From assembly GCA_040007155.1 (NCBI GenBank), contig JBDTVN010000001.1, positions 1-41,680 of the forward strand: 41,680 nucleotides of DNA, written 5' to 3'. The stretch is from Chloroflexota bacterium (GTDB lineage: Bacteria; Chloroflexota; Limnocylindria; Limnocylindrales; CSP1-4). The notes beneath the pieces were generated by a model. That model was not told where the DNA came from. It worked only from the letters and a program-made list of their open reading frames with translations, and searched no databases. Every line of letters starts with the position of its first letter. The stretch's first letter is position 1. This document shows, piece by piece, positions 1-7,272 of the stretch. Both the position numbers and the translations under genes were made by a program.

Positions 1-140
1 TCATCGATGCCTGCCGCGAGGCGTCCGACGAGCTTCTCGTCCGAGTCCACGGCTGGGTTGAGGGGCGAGGCAAAGAACGCGAACACCTCGTCCAGCGGGC
101 GAATGACGAGTTGGCTGGCTGAGAGGCGTTGTATGGTCAA
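1..140 (-). CDS. 5' end of an ORF that runs off the left edge (not in the supplied track); function unknown, N-terminus loosely SRPBCC/cyclase-dehydrase-like
   Basis: My own translation of the minus strand from TTG at 140-138 gives MTIQRLSASQLVIRPLDEVFAFFASPLNPAVDSDEKLVGRLAAGID with no stop before position 1. The composition is protein-like rather than Arg/Pro-rich shadow frame. It is divergent from the MerR gene. Confidence 0.3.
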   Translation of the reverse strand, partial: MTIQRLSASQLVIRPLDEVFAFFASPLNPAVDSDEKLVGRLAAGID

Positions 141-254
141 GTGGAACCTCGAAGATTCGCGAAATCGGCGTGGGCTTGTGGAATGTTTGTTCACAGTATG
201 ATGGGCTGGAATTGGGCTTGTCAACCCTTTGTACCTGCTATCGTTGGACACACG

Positions 255-1199
255 ATGTACACAATCAAGCAGGCCGCAGCGAGGTCGGGCGTCCCTGTCC
301 AGCTCCTTCGGGCGTGGGAACGTCGTTATGGGGTTGTCAAGCCGGCACGCACAGACTCGGGTTACCGGCTCTACGACGACCCCGCGATCGACCGCCTGCT
401 GGCGATGCGCCGACTGATCGATGCTGGCTGGGCACCGAGTACAGCGGCAGTTCGCATCCGCGAGCTTGATGACGTCGCCGTTGGCGAACTGGTAGCTGGC
501 GGCCGGGAATCGGAGCAGATCCATGCAGTCGCGTCACGCGCCGGCGCGGCGGAGCTGGCCGAGGCCTTCGTCACCGCGGCGGGCAAACTCGATGAGCCGG
601 CGCTGGAGCAAGTCCTCGACGTCATGTTCTCGCGCGGCTCTTTCGAGCAGGTCGTATCTGACCTGGTAATGCCGGCCCTGGCGGCCCTCGGCGATGCCTG
701 GCAGACCGGTCGCGTTGATGTCGCCGCTGAGCACGCCGCGGCCGGTGCGGTCCAGCGTCGGCTAGGGATGGCTTTCATGGCCGGTGGCCGTCCGGCGCAG
801 GATCGGCCAGTGATCCTGGTCGGGCTGCCTCCGGGCGCACGCCATGATCTCGGCGCGCTGACCTTCGCGACATCTGCCCGTCGGGCGGGGCTGGCCGTGC
901 GCTATCTGGGACCCGACCTGCCACTCCAGGATTGGCTCGACGCCGTCACACGTACGGCGGCTATTGCGGTCGTCATCGGCGCGTTGATTGACTCGGACGT
1001 GGATCCAGCCGAGCGCGTGGCGAAAGCGATTCGAGCCGCCAACCCAAGCATTGTCATCGCCTTCGGCGGGCGTGCCGCGGCATCAGTCGACCCGTCCGAG
1101 GCAGCACCTGTGCTGATCTTGCCCCACGACGTCGCGGCGGCCGTCGACGCAATCCGGGTAGCCCTCCGCGCGAGGGTGGTCGACGCAACTTCCCGCTGA
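255..1199 (+). CDS. MerR-family HTH + cobalamin-binding domain light-responsive regulator (CarH/LitR type)
   Basis: ORF 129-1199. The MerR HTH begins right at internal ATG 255 (MYTIKQAAARSGVPVQLLRAWERRYG...YRLYDD). The C-terminal half carries the CarH signature Wx9EH (AWQTGRVDVAAEH, nt 699-734). It also has the B12 lower-ligand His motif (GARHDLG, His codon 843-845) inside a VILVGLPPG...YLGPDLP Rossmann-like module. Confidence 0.85.
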   Translation: MYTIKQAAARSGVPVQLLRAWERRYGVVKPARTDSGYRLYDDPAIDRLLAMRRLIDAGWAPSTAAVRIRELDDVAVGELVAGGRESEQIHAVASRAGAAELAEAFVTAAGKLDEPALEQVLDVMFSRGSFEQVVSDLVMPALAALGDAWQTGRVDVAAEHAAAGAVQRRLGMAFMAGGRPAQDRPVILVGLPPGARHDLGALTFATSARRAGLAVRYLGPDLPLQDWLDAVTRTAAIAVVIGALIDSDVDPAERVAKAIRAANPSIVIAFGGRAAASVDPSEAAPVLILPHDVAAAVDAIRVALRARVVDATSR

Positions 1200-1200
1200 C

Positions 1201-2025
1201 TCATGCGCCCGGCCTGAGGGTGCCCGAGAACACCTGCCACGCGAGCAACGACTTGGCGATCAGGCTGAAAAGCATGTAGGCGCGCTCGCCGTAAAGGTAA
1301 TCGCTCCAGCGCCCGATCTTGCCGTACTGCAGGACCATGTTGATCGCGAACACGTTGAAGCTGATGAACAGCGACACGTAGATGAAGAACACGAATGAGG
1401 GGATGGCGACGGCACCTGGGGCCGTGGCGGCGGTAACCAGCGCAACGGTAATCACGGCCCACGGGACCACACCCATGATGCAGCCGAAGACGTAGTGCAG
1501 CCACTGCGGTCGTTCGCGGCCCTCGTTGGCCGCCTCCATGCTCCAGCCGAAAAGGATCATTCCGGCGTTAGCGCCGAAGATGGCAATCAGGGTGCCGATC
1601 TCCTGGATCCCGGTCAAGCTGGCGATGACCACGATCATCACGCTCGACGAGAACGAGTACTCGATCCAGCGCGCCGGGTTCTGGCCGCGCGCCAGGTGCC
1701 GCTCGTACCAACCGCGGAATGGGAATGCGACCGCGAAGTGCGCCACGGCGCTGAACAGGAAGAAGAGCGCCACGGCGAAGCCGAGCGGATATTCGAACAG
1801 GGCACGCTGCGCCACCTGGAGAGTCTGGGTCGGCGGGTCGAAGGACAGGTAGGAACTGACTACCGGTGCCGTGGCCAGCGGATTTTTCAGGAATGACGCC
1901 CCGACCATGATCAGAAACTGCACGAAATGGAGCCCCGCCAGGATGACGTTCCAGCGATGAAGCGAGGCGGCCTCGTCGCGCGCGATTGGCTGCGTTATGG
2001 GCATGGCTGATGCGATGGCGGACAT
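1201..2025 (-). CDS. heliorhodopsin (retinal-binding 7-TM photoreceptor, inverted-topology rhodopsin family)
   Basis: ORF 1201-2130, trimmed to ATG 2025, which is preceded by AGGAGAACGT (RBS). It aligns by eye over its full length with heliorhodopsin 48C12-type proteins. Matching blocks are ARWIEYSFSSSVMIV (counter-ion Glu context), AIFGANAGMILFGW, FGCIMGVVPW and GERAYMLFSLIAKSLLAWQVFSGTL (Schiff-base Lys context). The conserved His residues in helices A and B are present (GLHFVQ, AVAHFAV). Confidence 0.9.
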   Translation of the reverse strand: MSAIASAMPITQPIARDEAASLHRWNVILAGLHFVQFLIMVGASFLKNPLATAPVVSSYLSFDPPTQTLQVAQRALFEYPLGFAVALFFLFSAVAHFAVAFPFRGWYERHLARGQNPARWIEYSFSSSVMIVVIASLTGIQEIGTLIAIFGANAGMILFGWSMEAANEGRERPQWLHYVFGCIMGVVPWAVITVALVTAATAPGAVAIPSFVFFIYVSLFISFNVFAINMVLQYGKIGRWSDYLYGERAYMLFSLIAKSLLAWQVFSGTLRPGA

Positions 2026-2033
2026 ACGTTCTC

Positions 2034-3479
2034 CTATTGGGTCTGTATTTGGGCAGCCAGAGCACGTGCTCCAAGCGCGCGCACCATGCCGCGGAAGATC
2101 AACCCGTGAACGGGGTACAGCAGATACCAATAGGCCAGCCCGGGCAGGCCCTTGGGCTCGAAAAAGGCCGTCTGGACCAGCCGACTACGTGCACCGTCGG
2201 GCACAACCTCGTACTGCAGCCAGGCACGGCCGGGCACGCGCATCTCTGCGCGGAGGCGAAGGATCTCCGGCCGCCGCACCTCCTCGACACGCCAGAAGTC
2301 GAGCGCATCGCCCACCCTGAGCCGTTGCGGGTCGCGCCGGCCGAGGCGCATGCCCACGCCGCCGACGGCGAGATCGATCAGCCCACGCAGCCCCCACAGG
2401 GCGTTCGCGTACGCCCAGCCGGATTTGCCGCCGAGGCGTTCGACCTCGGCGAAGACTCGGTCCGGCGAGGCCGCGACCACGATCTCGCGCCGCTCGACAA
2501 TCATCCCTTCGCGCGAACTGAAGGGCAGCAGACTCTGGCGGTCGGGGGCATTGATTGAGTCGAACCACGTCGACTCGACATCGTGGTCGCGAGTGCGATC
2601 GATCGCCTGGCGGACGGCTTCGGCAAAGGGCAGTGGTTTAAGCCCGAAAGCGCTCGCCGGACCAGGATCGCGAACTATGACTTCGTTGCGCAGTCCCTCG
2701 ACCAGCGGCCGCGCCAGGCTGGCCGGCACGGGCGACACCAGACTGACCCAGTATGAGCTGAGCCTGGGCGTCAAGACCGGAACCGGGATCATCAGCCGGC
2801 CCAGACCGCGCTGACGAGCGTAGGCGCGCATCATCTCGCCGTAGGACAGGATGCTGGGGCCGCCAATCTCGACGACGCCGGCTATATCCGGGTGGTCGAG
2901 CGCCCCGACGAGGTAATCGAGCACATCGCTGATTCCGATCGGTTGGCATTTGGTGCGCACCCAGCGCGGCGTGATCATAATCGGCAGCCGCTCGGTCAGG
3001 TAGCGCAGGATCTCGAACGAGGCACTGCCCGATCCGATGATCATGGCCGCCCGGAACTCGGTCACGGGGACGCCCGCCGCGGCCAGCTCGACTCCCGTCT
3101 GGTGCCGGCTGGCCAGGTGGCGCGACAAATCGGCCGAATCCTCGCCCAGCCCGCCAAGGTAGATGATGCGCTTGACGCCGACCCGCGACGCCTCCCTCGC
3201 GAACGTTTGTGCAGCACGCTTGTCGCGCTCGGCAAAGCCGCGCTCGCTGGCGCCCATTGAGTGGGCCAGGTAGTAGGCGATCTCAACGCCGTCAAGCTTG
3301 CCCGCCAGCGTGGACGGATCAAGGAGATCCGCGCCCTTGACCGTGGCGCCCGGGAAGCGTCCCGCCAGGCCGCGCACATCGCGGCTGAGCAGGGTGAGGC
3401 TGTGACCGGCGCGATTCAACCGATCGGCCAGCCGGCTGCCGATGTAGCCGCTCGCACCAGCGATCAGGATGCGGCTCAT
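2034..3479 (-). CDS. NAD(P)-binding atypical SDR / NmrA-like domain fused to a DUF2867-like C-terminal domain (E. coli YbjT-like)
   Basis: The N-terminus MSRILIAGASGYIGSRL is the GxxGxxG Rossmann motif of extended/atypical SDRs. At 481 aa, with a C-terminal ~150 aa (SREGMIVERREIVVAASPDRVFAEVERLGG...FWRVEE), it matches my recollection of YbjT/DUF2867 architecture. Its stop at 2034 lies 8 nt upstream of the heliorhodopsin ATG on the same strand. Confidence 0.8.
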   Translation of the reverse strand: MSRILIAGASGYIGSRLADRLNRAGHSLTLLSRDVRGLAGRFPGATVKGADLLDPSTLAGKLDGVEIAYYLAHSMGASERGFAERDKRAAQTFAREASRVGVKRIIYLGGLGEDSADLSRHLASRHQTGVELAAAGVPVTEFRAAMIIGSGSASFEILRYLTERLPIMITPRWVRTKCQPIGISDVLDYLVGALDHPDIAGVVEIGGPSILSYGEMMRAYARQRGLGRLMIPVPVLTPRLSSYWVSLVSPVPASLARPLVEGLRNEVIVRDPGPASAFGLKPLPFAEAVRQAIDRTRDHDVESTWFDSINAPDRQSLLPFSSREGMIVERREIVVAASPDRVFAEVERLGGKSGWAYANALWGLRGLIDLAVGGVGMRLGRRDPQRLRVGDALDFWRVEEVRRPEILRLRAEMRVPGRAWLQYEVVPDGARSRLVQTAFFEPKGLPGLAYWYLLYPVHGLIFRGMVRALGARALAAQIQTQ

Positions 3480-3497
3480 TGCTCGACCGCCCGATCA

Positions 3498-3530
3498 GTG
3501 TTCATTGTTTGTACCATTCTTGTGCAGGGA
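3498..3530 (-). promoter_or_regulatory. candidate CarH/LitR-type operator (three ACA triplets in exact 11-nt phase)
   Basis: The minus strand reads GCACAAGAATGGTACAAACAATGAACAC. ACA triplets lie at 3523-3521, 3512-3510 and 3501-3499, immediately downstream of the -10 element. This A/T-rich patch stands out in a GC-rich window. Confidence 0.3.
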
Positions 3531-3558
3531 TCGTACGGTTACGCAGGCAAGGCGTCAA
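3530..3558 (-). promoter_or_regulatory. candidate sigma-70-type promoter of the SDR-heliorhodopsin operon
   Basis: On the minus strand: TTGACG (3558-3553), 17 nt spacer, TACGAT (3535-3530). This sits about 50 nt upstream of ATG 3479. Confidence 0.4.
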
Positions 3559-3672
3559 GTGTTTGTAGAATGTCGGGGAAGCGAGCGCGCGCAGGGCTCG
3601 AACTCGCGATCGTGCCCAGCTCAGCCGGATCGGGCTGGCCTTGAGACCCCGGGAGGCATCGCGTACAACCGA

Positions 3673-3992
3673 GGCGCGTTTGCGCGGCGGATCGAAAAAC
3701 GGCATCAGCCCGCCTCGAGCCGAGTCATGTCCAGCCCCAGCATGCCCGCAGCATGAATTCCGAATTGTGTGCCGACCTCGATCAGCCGATCCCACAGTTC
3801 CACCGCCTGCGTCGCATCGACCCACAGCTCGTAGCCCAGGTCGCCGGTGTAGCCGGTGCGGCTGACATCGAGGGCGATCTTGCCCACGTGCGCGGCACGC
3901 CGGCGGTAGTAGGCCAGGTCGGTCCAGTCGGCGCCGGTGAGCGCTGACAGAACGGCGCGTGACTGCGGATTCTGGAGGGCGATAGCGGCGGT
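3673..3992 (-). pseudogene. decayed paralog of the GcvT-family gene at 6056-7252 (5' truncated, internal deletion plus frameshift, stop codon lost)
   Basis: ORF 3705-4100 contains AAIALQNPQSRAVLSALTGADWTDLAYYRRRAAHVGKIALDVSRTGYTGDLGYELWVDATQAVELWDRLIEVG...LDMTRLEAG. This is collinear with AAIALQGPLSRAVLEAS...YYRRRASKVGRIAIDVSRTGYTGDLGYELWVDAGKAIALWDRLVDVG...LDMARLEAG of the intact gene. Directly after RLEAG the frame breaks. In another frame it resumes with PFFDPPRKRA, which is the last 10 aa of the intact protein. Confidence 0.7.
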
Positions 3993-4025
3993 TGCGTGGG
4001 AGCGACATAGCCCCTCTTCATTCCG

Positions 4026-4412
4026 ATGACGACTCGGGCTGCACACGCTGCCAAGGCGCTCAGCGCGGCCCGTCAGCTCATCGCAGCGACAGCCGACCAC
4101 GGCCAGCCTTGGGCACCGGTGGGCGCGGGCATCGTGACCGGCGTCGCTTACGTCGGCGTCACCTCGTCCAGCGACGAGCCGGACGACCTGACCGCGCTGG
4201 GCGATGTGGTCAACACGGCTTCACGGCTGGCGGGCGCGGCCGCGGCTGGGGAGATCCTGGCGAGTCGGCTGACGATTGCCGCGGCCGGTGTCGACGAGAC
4301 CGGACTGGAGCGGCGAATGCTTGCCCTCGGGCAAGGAAGAGCCATTCGCGGCGTTCCTGATTCGGCCGTGAACACGATGATGAGTACCGTCTCGGGCTGG
4401 GCCGCCACCTGA
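4026..4412 (+). pseudogene. 5'-truncated class III adenylate/guanylate cyclase domain remnant
   Basis: The 128-aa ORF holds only the C-terminal half of a cyclase homology domain (GIVTGVAYVGV...LTALGDVVNTASRLAGAAAAGEILAS). The N-terminal half with the metal-binding FxDIxGFT segment is absent. It abuts the truncated 5' end of the GcvT remnant. Confidence 0.55.
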
Positions 4413-4452
4413 TTAGCGTCACACGGCGGCGCTGCTGAACCGTCACCCCGCC

Positions 4453-6045
4453 ATGACGCAGGAACCACCGCCGACTGCAACGAACTTCCCGACGACCTGG
4501 GCAAACCCCGCTTTGGTCGCTCCCCGCTCCATTCCGATGACGGAGCGTATGTCTGACCGCTTGGCAGGCCGCGTCGTCTTGGTCGGGCTTGCCGCGGGCT
4601 TCCTCGCGCAAGTTCTCTTCTTCCACCAGTCGCCCGGCATCAATTGGCCGATCTGGATTTGCGCAGTGATCGGCGCGACGTTGGTGGCGCGACGTTCCAC
4701 AGCAAAACTGGATCGCGCCGATGCCTGGTTGCCAGTGGGCGCAATCGCGTTCGCGGCATTTATCGCGCTGCGCGACGATCCCGGTCTGCTGCTGTTTGAT
4801 TTCCCCGCAAGTGGCGCGCTGACTCTCGCGTCGGTCGTCGCGATTGGTGGCAATCCAATTACCCGCAGTGCCTGGATCACAATCGGTCGCCTGGGAGGAG
4901 CGGCGATCCTCGCGTTCTGGGGTGGTGCGGCCCACGTAATGCACGGCTTTCGTCCGCTGCTCGCTGCGGCTCCCGGTCTCACTGGCTCATCCACGAGCCG
5001 GCGCGTGGTGCGCGGCCTGCTGATCGCATTGCCCCTCGTATTGGCCTTCGTGGTCCTGTTCGCTGCCGCGGATGCCGTCTTTCAGAACCTCCTCCGCAAC
5101 GCCCTCAGCGTCGACGTGAAACTTGATGATTGGGTTGGCCGCGCGACATTCGGCCTGATCGCCGGCTGGCTGTTCGTAGGCACAATGATTGCGGCATGGC
5201 TGTCGCGCGAGCGCTTCCTCGGCGAGCAGCCAGACGCGCCAGTCACGCCGGTCGCGCGGAAGCGCGTACTTTCCGCCATCGAAGCCGCAACGGTGCTCGT
5301 CGTACTCGACGTTCTCTTCGCTATCTTCGTCGTCATCCAGGCGGCGTACCTGTTCCCAGGCGGCGACCCACTCGCGGCGAGCGGCCTGACCTATGCGGAG
5401 TACGCGCGCCGCGGCTTCTTCGAGCTGGTTGTCGTTGCCTTCCTGTCGGGCGCTGTGATCCTGGCGTTCGACTGGCTCGTCGACCGAGTTACCGCCGCAC
5501 AGCGGATGGCGGCTGCAGCTCTGGCGGTTATGACCGGGTTGATTCTCGTGTCCGCCTACGTGCGGCTGTCGCTCTATCAGCAGGCCTATGGCTGGACTGA
5601 GCTACGCCTGTACGTTCTTGCTGCGATCGGCCTTCTGGCGTTCGGGGTCGTGGTCACGCTCGCTGGGATCGGGCTGAAACGGGTTGGCTCGGTCCCCAAG
5701 CTCGTTCTCGCCGCAGGCTTCGTGGTCGCCCTACTGTGCAATGTCATCGGCACACAGGCATTCGTTACGGCGCAGAACCTCGAGCGTGCGGCGAACCCGG
5801 CACTCGTGCCGGCGGGCGGACAGTCAGGTCTGGACGCGAATTATCTCTATGACCTCGGTCCGGATGTCGTTCCGGCGGTGCTCGCGGCACGAAACGGCTT
5901 GGCCGAAGGTGACCGCGAGAGGGTCGACATTTTCCTGGCCGGCACCGCGTCCACCCTGAGGCGCGTGGCCGCCGACACGGGCTGGCCCTCGTGGAACTTG
6001 TCGCGCCAGGCTGCGCTCGACGCCCTGACGGCCGCTGGGTTCTAG
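4453..6045 (+). CDS. polytopic integral membrane protein of unknown function (possibly DUF4153/DUF4173-type)
   Basis: A 530-aa ORF with 10 or more hydrophobic segments (VVLVGLAAGFLAQVLFF, WPIWICAVIGATLVA, LLIALPLVLAFVVLFAA and others) and a soluble-looking C-terminal ~90 aa. The family assignment is from memory only. An alternative start lies at the internal MTERM. Confidence 0.65.
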   Translation: MTQEPPPTATNFPTTWANPALVAPRSIPMTERMSDRLAGRVVLVGLAAGFLAQVLFFHQSPGINWPIWICAVIGATLVARRSTAKLDRADAWLPVGAIAFAAFIALRDDPGLLLFDFPASGALTLASVVAIGGNPITRSAWITIGRLGGAAILAFWGGAAHVMHGFRPLLAAAPGLTGSSTSRRVVRGLLIALPLVLAFVVLFAAADAVFQNLLRNALSVDVKLDDWVGRATFGLIAGWLFVGTMIAAWLSRERFLGEQPDAPVTPVARKRVLSAIEAATVLVVLDVLFAIFVVIQAAYLFPGGDPLAASGLTYAEYARRGFFELVVVAFLSGAVILAFDWLVDRVTAAQRMAAAALAVMTGLILVSAYVRLSLYQQAYGWTELRLYVLAAIGLLAFGVVVTLAGIGLKRVGSVPKLVLAAGFVVALLCNVIGTQAFVTAQNLERAANPALVPAGGQSGLDANYLYDLGPDVVPAVLAARNGLAEGDRERVDIFLAGTASTLRRVAADTGWPSWNLSRQAALDALTAAGF

Positions 6046-6055
6046 CCGCTAGCCG

Positions 6056-7252
6056 CTACGCGCGCTTGCGCGGCGGATCGAAGAAGGGCAGCGGCACGAC
6101 CTGGGCCGCGGCACGGCCGCGGACACCTTCCACGGTCAATTCCAGCGCGAGCTTCGTTCCCGGCGCCGCGTAGGCGGGGGCCACGGATGCCAGCGCGATG
6201 TGCTGCTTCAAAGTTGGACTCCACGAGCCACTCGTCGCCCGGCCGATTTGGCGCCCACCGGCGAACACCGGGCGTTGGTCGCGCCACGTGGCGGCCTCGA
6301 CGTAGATCGGCAGATCCTGCGCCGCGTAGAGCGACTCGATCGCCGGGTAGTCGACAGTGAGGCCGACCAGGCGCCGGGTCGGCCCGCCTGAGGCCACCTC
6401 GGCAGCCAGGGCCCGCTTGCCGACAAAGTCGGTGACCTTGTCCAGGTTCACCAGTCGGTCGAACCCAAGCTCGTAGGGCGAGTAAGACTGCGCTGGGACG
6501 ATGGCGTGGCGGGCCGAGGTGTAATCGACTTCGATCAGGATCAGGCCCGCCTCAAGTCGGGCCATATCCAAAGCACGCATGCCCGCCGGGCGCAGGCCGA
6601 ATGGACGGCCGACGTCCACCAATCGATCCCACAGGGCGATCGCCTTACCGGCATCGACCCAGAGCTCATAGCCCAGGTCGCCGGTGTAGCCCGTGCGCGA
6701 CACATCGATGGCGATGCGCCCAACTTTCGACGCACGGCGGCGGTAGTAGCCCACGCCCGACCAATCCTCTTTGGTCGATGCCTCGAGGACGGCGCGCGAC
6801 AGTGGACCCTGCAACGCGATCGCTGCACCGTCCTCGCTAACGTCATCAATCGTGACGTTCAACGCACGCGCGTTGAGCTCGAACCAGCGCAGGTGCGGGT
6901 CGGCGCTGGTCCAGCGGAACGAGTCGTCATCATCGAGCCGCGCGATCGTGCCGTCGTCGATGACCTTGCCGTGGTCGTCGCACCACGGCGTGTAGATGAC
7001 TTGGCCCGGCTTGATCTTGGTCGCGTCACGAGTGATAACGCGGTCGATCAACTGCACCGCGTCCGGCCCGGAGATGCGCGTCTTGTACAGCGGCGAGACG
7101 TCAATCAGCACCGCCGCGTGGCGGATGCCGACGTACTCGTGGATGTGGCGGTAGTCGTACGCGCCGGCGGCGAGATAGCCCGACCACTCGCGCCAGTCGC
7201 GCTTGCGGTTAAGCGGCGCCGTGCGTTCGTCGAGCGGGGTGCCGATGCTCAT
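6056..7252 (-). CDS. GcvT-family folate-dependent aminomethyltransferase-like protein
   Basis: 398 aa. It contains VGIRHAAVLIDVSPLYKTRISGPDA, ALQGPLSRAVL and RTGYTGDLGYELW, which are typical glycine-cleavage T-protein family blocks. Confidence 0.85.
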   Translation of the reverse strand: MSIGTPLDERTAPLNRKRDWREWSGYLAAGAYDYRHIHEYVGIRHAAVLIDVSPLYKTRISGPDAVQLIDRVITRDATKIKPGQVIYTPWCDDHGKVIDDGTIARLDDDDSFRWTSADPHLRWFELNARALNVTIDDVSEDGAAIALQGPLSRAVLEASTKEDWSGVGYYRRRASKVGRIAIDVSRTGYTGDLGYELWVDAGKAIALWDRLVDVGRPFGLRPAGMRALDMARLEAGLILIEVDYTSARHAIVPAQSYSPYELGFDRLVNLDKVTDFVGKRALAAEVASGGPTRRLVGLTVDYPAIESLYAAQDLPIYVEAATWRDQRPVFAGGRQIGRATSGSWSPTLKQHIALASVAPAYAAPGTKLALELTVEGVRGRAAAQVVPLPFFDPPRKRA

Positions 7253-7272
7253 GTCCCCACTAATCTAGGGCC

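Noticed and set aside
129-254. The 42-codon N-terminal extension of the MerR ORF given in the ORF track (start at 129).
   Set aside because: MerR-family proteins begin essentially at the HTH. The internal ATG at 255 gives MYTIKQAA..., and the upstream translation (Trp/Cys-rich MYGQVEPRRFAKSAWACGMFVHSMMGWNWACQ) looks non-coding. It also overlaps the candidate operator and promoter words.
3469-3756. Small ORFs in the 3480-3672 gap (3469-3756 +, 3502-4008 -, 3641-3865 +).
   Set aside because: They have no motifs and a shadow-like composition. They overlap the promoter/operator candidate or the pseudogene remnant. The minus-strand ORF is simply read-through of the decayed GcvT 3' end after loss of its stop codon.
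4026-4412. A stand-alone functional mini adenylate cyclase.
   Set aside because: It lacks the N-terminal half of the catalytic domain, including the metal-binding aspartates, and it sits next to another truncated gene. It is more parsimoniously a remnant.
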